DNA from: Phoronis australis
Taxonomy: Eukaryota > Animalia > Phoronida
Reading direction: 5' to 3'
NCBI GenBank assembly: GCA_002633005.1
Contig: NMRA01000024.1
Coordinates: 513,803-577,802, forward strand
Length of the DNA: 64,000 bases
The notes below the pieces were generated by a model. The model did not search any database and was not told the origin of the DNA. It saw only the letters and a program-made list of their open reading frames with translations. Position 1 is the stretch's first letter. Each line of letters starts with the position of its first letter. The translations under genes and the position numbers were made by a program. Below, piece by piece: positions 53,401 through 64,000 of the stretch.

Positions 53401-56400
53401 GCCAATTGAAATCTATCTGTTTTTGTTATCGCATAAATGTTTCTACACCTGCTTCCCATAGCAGGCCAAATTAGCAAATAAATGTAGATATAGGTCTGTT
53501 GATTTCAGATGTGGAAAAGCGCAGTGTGAAGATTTCAATCCCACTTTTCTCAACTAGAGGTTGCACATTTATGAGAAAATCACTTGCACAGCTTGTCCTC
53601 TCTTTTATTCTAATAAAATTCTGTCGTCATTGATGAAGAAATGCCTTAGTGACCCGAAAAATTTTAAATTCTCGAGGTGGCTCTGATCACGATCTCACTG
53701 CTGCAAACGATGGTGTATGCTCTCAGTTTGTCCCTCGGGGCTCGGTACAATCCATTAAAAGTGGCCGTTCCATTAATTAAACGAGCAATCATCAACTTAA
53801 ATTGACAAATGCCTCCTGGGAGTTTTGCAATACTAGAGTGCTCTATGTTTAGATCAACAGTTGCTACAGTTATCATTTAGGCCCGTCTTTCACGCTGTTC
53901 AGGTGGCAAAATAACGGAAATCGAAGTTGGCTTTCTGTTTTATTGTCATAGTATTCCATTTCCGTCGCCAACAAAAAGATAGAAACTATTTGCGACTCGA
54001 AAAAATGCCTCAGATTTTTTTTTGGTTTGAAAAACAATAATGGCAGATTTGGTTATTTTTGTGTGAAATAAGTGAAAAAATTACCAGTTTTGGTTTTGGG
54101 TTGGCTTATTGGAGTCATCTGTTTAAATTTTATGCTGCTACTAGTTCCAGTATAAAGTATAATCTTACCAATTCCAACTAAAAATAATTAATAAAATCAC
54201 ATTTTTCCATTTTGACAGTCTTCTAATTTTGTGGATTTCCCCCCCTTTTCAAAAATTTTGTGTGGTAGTAGCAATGATACAGAATTTGAACATGGTAGTT
54301 AAAATATTAATTTAGTGCAGTTATGTTTTTCTATCATTTCAGCTTTATTATGATATCTTCTTTAACTAATGACATTTTCTAATAATTCAGCTAAAACTGA
54401 GCCCTTAATTCAGTCAAAACAATTAAGACGTTTTATTAAAAGTTCCCTTCTTTTTTCAATAATATTAAGAATTCAATGAAATTTCACTCTCGATTTGTAT
54501 CAAAGCCAACAGTTGATTTAGTTATGGGAATCAAACAGCAAAAGAAAAGGCAATCAATTTTTTCAAAGGCCCACAAATACACAGAGGGAACTTCTTTGAG
54601 TCCCTATTCGGGACTGTTTCATGCAACCGTGTACTTTTGTCTTGTTTACATGTGTCTAAGCCAGATTTTTCTGGTCCCTGAACCTTCTTTTTTTCAATTG
54701 AACGCGATTCCATGGCCTATGCTTTTTGAGTAGAAACCAGTTTTTGAGTGAACTGAGCTCACCAAATCCATGAGCTTTGTTCATACATGAGGAACTATGG
54801 TAGTAAGTGCATTACTAAAAGTTGTTTCCATTGCCTGATTTCTCAAATTCATGTTATATAATGGTGCACAAAATTAACCCTTTATGTAGGGTACTTAAGT
54901 ATCATTAGTTTTGCCTTTGGCTTTCCTGCTTTAGACATGGCCCTATTACCAAGCTCAAGTGAAAGTCATAAAATGTTAATCAGTGGCAGACTAAGTATAA
55001 CACAAACTTTGGCCAGTGGCAAAATCTCCCATACTCAGTTTTCAGTATCTCCTCTGAGCCCAAGGCAATCTCATTTATTTAACTTCCGCTTGAATCATAT
55101 TCTGTTTCAAATGCCAGTTGTATTTAGTATTAAAATTTAAGCCTGCCACAACCCTGCATACAGAAAAAAAATAAATTTTCATTAAGCCTTGATTGCAAAT
55201 AAACAGGTACCTCTCTTAGAGATTGGGTTTTCAACGTACCATATAAATATTGGACCACTTTGATTTTTTTCTCCATTTTCCTCTTATCAGGGGAGCCAGG
55301 GAGGCAGGGTAACCAAAAATATTTAAAAGTCTGCCTTAAAAAGTAATTTTTATTTTGGTTTGATCATGTTGCTTTTTGTCTGGGTGGTTGTCTGTCAATC
55401 AAGCTAACATGTGAAGCTGCAAGGTAACACTATCCTGTCTTTGTTTCCCTGTCTCAGTTCGCTTAATCAAGGGAAATTAATATTGCCCATGGCTAGCAAG
55501 AGAACTCGAGATGCAGTGGAAACTTGGAAAAAAAAACAACCAGATCCATGGATCATTAGCCAAGATAAACGATTTCTGAAATGCTTCCTTGTTTCTTCAT
55601 TAACCTTCACCACCAAAACGAGCTTGTGCAGGAATTTCTGTGCGTTTTATGTCACTGTGATAGCATTCAGTGGTCTCAACTACTATGATAACTTCCTTTA
55701 CCAGTTGTTTCTGCTTTAATTGTTGTTTCGTTTATCTTTTGTTGATAAAACATCCAATGTACCAGGAGAGGAGATCAATTATCATTTTACTAATTCATTG
55801 TCAATTTCTTATGGTTTTTAAGAAAAGAAGCAACGAATTTGAAATACAAGTCTCGACCTTGTCTGTCTGAATAAAGGGTGGTCTACTACTCGAAAGAAAC
55901 AAACGTTTAGATCTACACAAATTTTTGTCCGGAACTAGTTTCTGTCCGTAGGTAGTGTTGCTTGTGAAAGGGTCATTTGTTGCCAGACATTTTGAATTAA
56001 AAAATTCATCCATTATGTCTTGCATTACTGTTGTTTGTGAGTCAACTTCTGGTGGTCCTGTAATTTCCACTCCATTCATCAAGACACCTGCAGTTGATTT
56101 TCTTATCTCCCACATTAAAAACCCAGTGCAGATATGCTTGACCTACTAAAGTAATGAAAACCAAACTTAAGTTGTCTCATGTTTTAACTAGCCTTGTAGT
56201 CTGTGATTAATTCAAGATGTCAGGTACCTACATCGGCCTTACTTCCCGTTTGTCATAAAAGATTCCTGCTTTTGTGGCAAATGAGTAGTGAGGTATGTGT
56301 TTGATCCTTTTTTAGCTGGCGCTTGTATCCGACTGTCTTTTATGTTGGTGAAATCATCCATAATGGCTTATTGTACACTGTATGAGTCTTTTTTAGCAGC

Positions 56401-56926
56401 ACTCACTTGTACTTGTAAAATGGCAAACAACATGAATTGTTGAGAAACCAATATCTCTAGCTGAGTGAACTTAGTGCTTAAGCTGCATTCCGCCCCTTTA
56501 AGCTGGCTGAAAAAATGAAAACCAAATTTGCCATTTACGGTCATAAAAGTCTGCGTCCTAGTATTCCCTACCGTGAAGGATTTCATTTTCTCATTTTCGT
56601 TACCAAGTAGAAATTGAAACCATCTTTGACACGGAAATGGAATGCTATCATGGTAAGAGTATAATGCGACTTTGATGAACGTAAAAGAAATTGGCAACAG
56701 CTCAGAAAGTGAAAAATGTGGAGTCACCATTCCAAAACTGCTAAAATATTTTCAATACATTGAAATAAATGATTAATATTCTTTGTAAAAACAATATCAA
56801 TTGTTGGTGATGCCCATTTTATGGAGTTATCATTGTTTATAATCCATGATTGTTACAGCTTTTAAAAACTGCGTGCATTCAACTTGATATTTTTACAACA
56901 GACTGATCACTTGCAATTATTTCCAG

Positions 56927-57030
56927 AAATACGAAGTCAGTTTGTTAGGGAGCCAATCAGCTTGACTGTGGCATCGGGGAAGCAGGTGGAGTTGGATTGC
57001 CTAGCACCAGAGGGCACCCCACAACCAACG
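56927..57030 (+). CDS. unc5: UNC5 coding exon 3, N-terminal part of Ig-like domain 2 (KIRSQFVREPISLTVASGKQVELDCLAPEGTPQPT)
   Basis: Too short for the ORF track and read directly. Acceptor attatttccag, donor ACG|GTAAGG, 104 nt, phase 1-0. Matches the UNC5 motif YLRKNF..EP....V......L.C.PPEG.P. Confidence 0.93.
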
Positions 57031-57488
57031 GTAAGGCTTGCCTTGAATCGCAAGTGAATTTTAAAAAATGGAGACCTCCATTTGAGGTGGACCAGAGTTT
57101 AAGAGTTGGTGATGGGAAATAATTTGTCGTGGCTTGTCATTTTGCCCACTCTGGTTGTGAATTCCGTTTCCGCTCAGCTGTCATGGCAGGCTTTCTCGGT
57201 CATTTTGTACAAATTTTATTTTTGATACCAGGCTCTATAAGTTCATCACAAGGGATGAGGTTGGTCTCAACCAATAAAACCAGTTCAAAACTAGAATAAA
57301 CCAGTTCTCATTTGAGTTCAGAAAAAGTTGAGCAGTTTATAGCAGTTGGTAGTCTTAATCGAAAGCGTCTGCTTTAAACCTACTGATATGCCGCGTCATT
57401 TTGTTGTGCACTGCATATCCAGTTGCTGATGTTACTTGCAATGTTCATTAACTGGCATGAGATGAAATTGTTTCGTTCGCCTGTTCAG

Positions 57489-57669
57489 GTGTTTTGGGAG
57501 AAGAACGGCCAACGCATCGATGTGAAGAAGGAGATCAACTACATTATCTCTCACTCGGGGTCTCTGATCATCAACCAAGCCAGCCTGACCGATATTGGAA
57601 ACTACACATGCGCCGCAGAGAACATCGTCGCCACCCGACGGAGCAAACCAGCGCACCTTTCCGTGTTTG
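57489..57669 (+). CDS. unc5: UNC5 coding exon 4, C-terminal part of Ig-like domain 2
   Basis: Acceptor cctgttcag, donor G|GTGAGT, 181 nt, phase 0-1. VFWEKNG..SLIINQASLTDIGNYTCAAENIVATRRS..A.LSVF matches UNC5 SL...QARL.DTANYTCVAKNIVARRRS. Confidence 0.96.
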
Positions 57670-58801
57670 GTGAGTGACCCTGTTCTGTTCTAAGTTAAAA
57701 ATGTTAAAATTGTACCAAACTCTGTTGTCTAATTTTAGTATCTTTGTTAACAGTAATTGAGATTCTGCGCAATCCGATACATATCTAAATATTAGTGGTT
57801 TAACATATCTTTACGTGTTGATTATTAATTTCCTATGTCAGGAAAGTCTGTGTAGTATGAATCTGAGTCGCTGAAACAATGGAGATCAATAAAACAAACT
57901 TTAATCATGCCACCCTTCTGACATTCGTTGACAAAATGGAAAACATGTTTACCATATATTGTTTCAAACTTTCATTAGGTAAATTAAAAGCCAGAAAAAA
58001 GCTAATGACCTTTTTGTGAGCCTTGATTGGGAATGGTTGGGATAATTTTACGCCTCTATGACTTAGAATTATTGAAAATTGAGTTATGCCACTGAGTTAT
58101 GGGTGAACATTAATTAAACCTGCTTTTAATTATGTTAGGCAGGCTAATAGCAGTGGGCTAATTGCCATGACTTCCTACAATACACTTTACAGTTCAATAC
58201 TGAACTCTGTGTATTGGTTTGTTTTTTGTGAACGTTTATAAGGGCATTGCAGTGCACGTGTGGAGATTTACAAAAAAACTAATCTGCTCTATAGTAAATT
58301 TCAATTTTAATTTCAAGTTCATTACCAGACTTGTTTAGACAACCAATGCTGTTGCATCATACTTCAGCTTTCCAAGTTTTTGGTCAAAGGTCAGGCATGT
58401 GAAATTGCAAGACTTTGAGATGGCAGAGATAACCATGTCCTGGCCTTCACTTAATGATACACAGTTAAACAAATGTTTATATCAACACTGGTTATGTAAA
58501 CCCAAGTAGAAACAAGTGTTTTCTAGGAGATAACAGGTTGGTGAAATCCTATGCTCATGTTTTCATAATGTCTGTTACTTCAGGCATGTACATTTAAAAT
58601 TCTTAGAACTGCTGTTGATTTTATTTGGTGTGTACATTATTACTAGCCAAGTTATTACCAGCACACACTATTACCACACTACATTATTACTAGCTCCCAA
58701 GTCATAGCTTCATCTGTTTTTTCCTGTGCATCTGGTGAAGTTATGGTATGAGAGGCCACTAAAGTCACAAGTTCTAGATTAAGGAATGTTCTTGGTGGCA
58801 T

Positions 58802-58957
58802 CATTGCTGTAGTGGGGCATAGGCGCATGTAGGCACAGCCAACCACCTAATGGCATTTGAACATAGCCACTACGCACCGTAAGTTCCATTCAGTGCTCAA
58901 GGTAATTTGGTGAGCTTTGGGTGCCTACTTACCTAGAATTTTACCACTAGAGCACTG
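58802..58957. mobile_element. Non-autonomous hAT-type MITE, 156 bp
   Basis: Left end CATTGCTGTAGTGG. Right end CCACTAGAGCACTG (CCACTACAGCACTG in the duplicate copy). Perfect 8-bp flanking direct repeat GGTGGCAT at 58794-58801 and 58958-58965. Confidence 0.85.
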
Positions 58958-60058
58958 GGTGGCATTGGTGCGGGTTTTTCATGAAAGCACTGGTTATTCT
59001 CATTAACTGTAGTATTGTGCATGACAATCGCACTTTGGGGATTTTTGAATTATGTTTTGGGATTTGACAAAAACAAGTTAAATTTGGATACTTTTGCTTT
59101 CACTTTTTTATATTCACTCTTCTGTATTTATTAATAGTGTTATAATTATTGTTATTGTTAGTATTATTAATAGTAGTATTCGTGGAGTGAAGCCCAATTA
59201 AGGAGCACACTTGTTGTCATACCGGATAATAGTATACCCCACTTATTATGTCAAAAAACAAATCTTTTCCCATTAAACCCACCCACGTGATGTAACAATT
59301 TATTGTCGTATTCCCATATATTGTCGTTGAAAAGTCAGCAAAATTGATTTTCACCTGCTTAATAGCATGTGTACCTTCGCTTTTCAGTCTAAAAACTAAC
59401 CTAATTTATCATATTTTCATATGTCTTGTCTGATCTCAGTACCNGCAGCCAACCACCTAATGGCATTTGAACATAGCCACTACGCACCGTAAGTTCCATT
59501 CAGTGCTCAAGGTGATACGGTGAGCTTTGGGTGCCTACTTACCTAGAGTTTTACCACTACAGCACTGGGTGGCATTGGTGCGGGTTTTTCATGAAAGCAC
59601 TGGTTATTCTCAATAACTGTAGTATTGTGCATGACAATCGCACTTTGGGGCTTTTTGAATTATGTTTTGGGATTTGACAAAAACAAGTTAAATTTGGATA
59701 CTTTTGCTTTCACTTTTTCATATTCATTCTTCTGTATTTATTAATAGTGTTATAACTATTGTTATTGTTATTGTTAGTATTATTAATAGTAGTATTCGTG
59801 GAGTGAAGCCCAATTAAGGAGCACACTTGTTGTCATACTGGATAATAGTATACCCCACTTATTATGTCAAAAAAAAATCTTTTCCCATTAAACCCACCCA
59901 CGTGATGTAACAATTTAGTGTCGTATTCCCATATATTGTCGTTGAAAAGTCAGCAAAATTGATTTTCACCTGCTTAATAGCATGTGTACCTTCGCTTTTC
60001 AGTCTAAAAACTAACCTAATTTATCATATTTTCATATGTCTTGTCTGATCTCAGTACC
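58836..60058. repeat. Tandem duplication of about 610 bp (58836-59443 and 59446-60058) joined by a single N
   Basis: The two copies differ by roughly a dozen substitutions and two small indels. N at 59444. Confidence 0.95.
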
Positions 60059-60353
60059 CGGGGGGGCAGGGTAGAAACCAGTTGTTTCATGTTTACCTGC
60101 CTTGGTCTGGGACTCTCAACTTAGCATGATAGTTTCTAAGAGTTGTTATGATCACCGCGAAGACCAAAGACCAAACACCCTTAATGGAATGTCCCACTTT
60201 CAACGTCGACACCAAGAACATGGCATTAAGTTGGCTCCACTGTTAGCACTGGAATTTTCTTGTGTTCCCAACATGCGACAGCTTTGTTTTGTTCTCAGTT
60301 ATCTAAGTGTTGCTCTGAGTGTTGCACTAAGTGTTATGGTTGGTCTCTTCCAG

Positions 60354-60521
60354 TAAGTGGTGCTTGGTCTGCCTGGACAAGTTGGAGCACCTGTTCCAAT
60401 GAGTGTGGCAAAGGCTTCAAGAGGCGGTCCCGCACCTGCACAAACCCCGCCCCTCAGAATAACGGACGGACGTGTCAAGGCCAAGCCAATCAAAGGACGA
60501 GCTGCACAACCACTTGCCAAG
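60354..60521 (+). CDS. unc5: UNC5 coding exon 5, thrombospondin type-1 repeat 1
   Basis: Acceptor gtctcttccag, donor AAG|GTATTG, 168 nt, phase 1-1. VSGAWSAWTSWSTCSNECGKGFKRRSRTCTNPAPQNNGRTCQG contains the WxxWxxW, CSxxCG and RxRxC motifs. Confidence 0.96.
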
Positions 60522-62527
60522 GTATTGTGGGATTTTTTAAAACTTGTTGAAGACGCTTGTTTAAAGTTTGCATGGCTAATGTTGTTTGTACTCATTATGT
60601 GATATTTTTCATAAGCACAGTAATGAAGAACTGTTTTGCTGTTTGTTTTTGAGAGACAAACATTTTGGTTTTTTAAATTTTTTAAAGCTTGTTTGGCACA
60701 AAATTGACATGTTCATGGCAGAGTCATTATTTCAGACACACATAATTAATTGCCAGAGTTGTCAATTTTTCAAATGCTCGCTGCAATGTTACAAAAGCGC
60801 ACAATTTACAAAGGTCCTGTTCGACGACACACAGCTTTGCAAAAGTCATGATTTTAGCAATGTTAATTGTTAATAAGTTTCACAAAGGACAATTCAGCTT
60901 TGCAATCATTTTATTTTAATATAAGAAGGCTACTATTTACTGTAGCTCAGCTGGTGGTGTTGGCAGTTGTCACACATTTTATTTGCTTTTTGAGAACGTA
61001 TGAAAACCCTTTTTCACATTTTATTGTCGTCACTGGATATTATGCTGATAGACACCAATTATTGTTGTTGTTATTAGGTAGCGAAAAATTGGCAACATTA
61101 GCTCTAGATTGCACACTGTAACACTACCCACCCTGTGTTCTAATTGGCATGGGTAGTGTTTAACATTTCTGCAAGCGCCAGAGCAAATTCCGATTAGTCA
61201 TCGTATCCCGTACCAGCAAAATGAAATTAGTGATTTCAAACCACCATCGTTGTATAAACAGTTTATTTTTGCATGGTGTTTTTTCGAACATGTCTTGTCA
61301 CCACTGAGGGCTGGTTTCAATTTTCAATGTTTCACTAACACCGTTGCTCCATTTTTCTGCACACTCACATCAGATGATCACGTGATCAGGCAGGATACCA
61401 GCTCTATCCTACCTCCAGGTGAGAAGAGTTCCACTTTGCATGTGTCCTGACATGATAGAGAGTTGTGTATGCCTCAACTCCTTCACCGTTTTTATTGGTT
61501 TGTCTTTTGTTTCCTAGTTGCGCATGATTTGATCCTGCATTGATCAAAAGTTATTCTGAGGTCGTCGGTGTTTTTCAACCCATTTCAAATTCATCTTCTT
61601 GATTTGTAAAATAAGAGCAGAGGATCGGTTGTCGTCATGGCTACTGCTTGTTTCTTAGTAATGCCCTCCCGTTTTCCTGTCGTTGGTTACGTCATTCATT
61701 GATTGACAAGTTCAGATCAGTGCATGAACAAAGAACTCCTAGAGTTGTGATGACCAGAATCTGCCATTCTTATCCTATCCTTTACAATTTCTGTATATAT
61801 TTTTGATTCATTGCCGGTTGTAATCTTTTTGAGTATTTTGAATTTTGTTATTGAAATATCATTTTAACTCTTGAAGCTTGTTAAGTTTTCTTCCTCCAAC
61901 TGTAAAGACTTCCCTTACTCTGATGTTGTTATTACTTTCCATGTATCTAAGACATGTTTGTTTTCGTTGAGAGAAGTGGTGTTTTGATAGCAAATATTGT
62001 GGTACAGCAATGGCTTTGTACATTAATGCGCCCTGTTAGTATTTGCAAAAGGAGAAAGGATGTTCAACATTTAGTAACACGGTCAAAAAGTATGTCTTCC
62101 TGCATTTTTTGGCTATTTTTAGATTAAATGTTCCGTGGGTGTGGTCATACCAAATGGAATAGTATACTGAGCAGTTGACCAAGATTTTTGTTTTTATTTT
62201 TATTTGACTACATTTTAAATTCCTTGTCATCAACATAGGTCCATTTAATTGTATTTTGAATTCCTCCAAATATTTAGTTGGCTGTGTTTTGATTTCCTTT
62301 GTGTTTATACTATATTTAGCCCTGTTTTGAATTCCTTAGTGTTTACTTTGGCTTTCAGTAAGGGGAAATTTTGGCAAAAACAAAACATTAAAAAGAAGTG
62401 GAAAGCGATGAGGGCGAGTTATCAACTAGGTGTCACCAGAATTTGTTCCTGTTCGTGTTTTCAGTTTTTTTCTGCTAAGTGAAATTTCTGTCCGTAATCC
62501 TTGCTCATCTCCTGTTTGTTCTGACAG

Positions 62528-62689
62528 TGGATGGACAGTGGTCTGACTGGTCATCGTGGTCCAAGTGCGGTGCCGACTGCAAGCATCACAAACGGCGCCT
62601 GTGCAACAGACCCGCCCCCCAGCACGGGGGTCTCTATTGTCGTGGCAACGACTTGGTGACGACCAATTGCAGTGGAGGAACTTGCCCAG
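62528..62689 (+). CDS. unc5: UNC5 coding exon 6, thrombospondin type-1 repeat 2
   Basis: Acceptor tttgttctgacag, donor CAG|GTCAGT, 162 nt, phase 1-1. VDGQWSDWSSWSKCGADCKHHKRRLCNRPAPQHGGLYCRGNDLVTTNCSGGTC is typical of the second UNC5 TSP1. Confidence 0.96.
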
Positions 62690-63168
62690 GTCAGTTGGAG
62701 CAGACGTTCAGTGTCAAACCTATTTCTTCGGGATTTTCAATGTTAACAAATCTTTGAAATGCTCAAAGTGTTTTTGGAGCGCCAAACCCCAGTCCTATGT
62801 ACAGGAGGTGTCATTTTGTCCATTCCTTGCAGATAATTTTTCAAATTTTTGGAAAATTGTAAAAAGATTTGAAAATGTACATTGACCGTTTCCCCTCCCT
62901 TCACTATTGAGAACGTTGATAATTATGTTCTCTCTTGTTAATCTGTCCTTTATCTTGGTTGATGCCCGAAGTATTTGTTATATCATTAATTAGATAAAAT
63001 GTATGTTTTAGGTTGAAATGACGTCTGTGTAAAAATACGGAAATTTACAAGAAGTTTTTATTGTATCCGAAATGCTAGACAAAGTGCCAGAATTTCTTGG
63101 ACTACATTTTTTTTGTGCTAAAAAGTTTAGGTATTTTTTTGTTTAATACTGTTATTTATGTTTTGCAG

Positions 63169-63207
63169 CGGGTTCCGAAGACGGGTTGCAGCATGAGGCT
63201 AAAGAGG
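63169..63207 (+). CDS. unc5: Candidate UNC5 coding exon 7: 39-nt symmetric juxtamembrane mini-exon (AGSEDGLQHEAKE)
   Basis: Strong acceptor ttatttatgttttgcag and consensus donor G|GTAAGT. Length 39 nt, phase 1-1, open in the UNC5 frame. Purine/GC-richer than its flanks. No protein-level similarity recognised. Confidence 0.7.
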
Positions 63208-64000
63208 GTAAGTGAAGTTCCTAACTCCCAAAAAAATCCCAGCAGGGGTGACAAATTGTTTTACTTCGTCTTCTGAAACTTGGTGATATACCGAAAAAAA
63301 TTTTAATGTGGGACAAAGTAATTGCTTTGACTTTTTTCTGTTTTTCATAAGCTTACAGCATTTTTGCAAATATTCTAAACTGTACCAAAGTTTGTTTGTA
63401 ATAGCTACACCAACCATGCTGAAAGCAAAGTAAATTTTCCTGAATATTTATTTCTGTTGAGTAATTTGACAAAATGAAATTTCACGTGGTGGCCATATTG
63501 TGTCCCGCTACGTGATTGCCTCTTTTCTTATCAGCATGAATGGAAGAGTGTTACGGTATTCCCTTACAAGATCAAACGGTTGTGAATACTGTGTAGAAAA
63601 GAATAGTTCTGAAATTTTCATTTACTTAGCTTCTGAAGAGTAAACAATTTCCCACGCTTCCTGCCAGCTTTCATGCAGAACAGTTGGTTACATTTGGTGT
63701 TTAGTTGCTGGGGGAATGTGGCAAGTGGCCATATAATTTGCCAGATGACCACATGTCTTCAGCTTCAGGAAAGTTTAGGTGATGGTCAGTATTGTAGTTC
63801 CTGTAAACACAAAAAAAATGTTTGGCTATTCCGCAGTCTCACATCTGGCCCATGAACAGTTGCTATTTAATCCATAAACCAACCTTTGATCACATAAAGT
63901 CGCGTGGGTATAGGCCTTTTAAAATTGGCAGCCATTGCTCGAGGAAATGATCGGTGATGAAAATTCTTTATGGCAAGTGTAGTTAGTGTGTTTCGCCTAG

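Noticed and set aside
55801-56115. 104-aa minus-strand ORF as a nested gene
   Set aside because: Non-ATG start, no recognisable motif, and no supporting splice partners seen.
60943-60960. A-box-like TAGCTCAGCTGGT as a tRNA gene
   Set aside because: No B-box or cloverleaf follows.
57432-62885. Antisense and alternate-frame ORFs over UNC5 exons (57432-57656, 60299-60595, 60357-60602, 62556-62885)
   Set aside because: Shadow ORFs caused by the GC-richer coding exons.

Overview
AT-rich animal (invertebrate-like) genomic DNA. The window holds one recognisable gene: the 5' half of an UNC5-family netrin receptor on the + strand. Seven coding exons join in frame with matching splice phases: signal peptide (38461-38575), Ig1 (47129-47470), Ig2 (56927-57030 and 57489-57669), TSP1-a (60354-60521), TSP1-b (62528-62689) and a candidate 39-nt juxtamembrane mini-exon (63169-63207). 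The TM, ZU5, UPA and death domains would lie beyond the right edge. Bases 1-37 kb contain no credible protein-coding ORF and look like upstream or 5'-intronic sequence, with candidate non-coding exons and promoter motifs. Non-coding DNA carries many non-autonomous elements: a hAT-type MITE with an 8-bp TSD, a Tc1/mariner-type MITE, GC-rich MITEs, tRNA-derived SINE relics and an old AT-rich family. The most unusual items are an array of six co-oriented CTCF-like motifs inside a Helentron/HINE-like tandem repeat in the first coding intron, and the mini-exon positioned like vertebrate UNC5B exon 8. A 610-bp tandem duplication joined by a single N is probably an assembly artefact. I found no evidence for a new multi-gene system. 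All coordinates were counted by hand and no searches were run.
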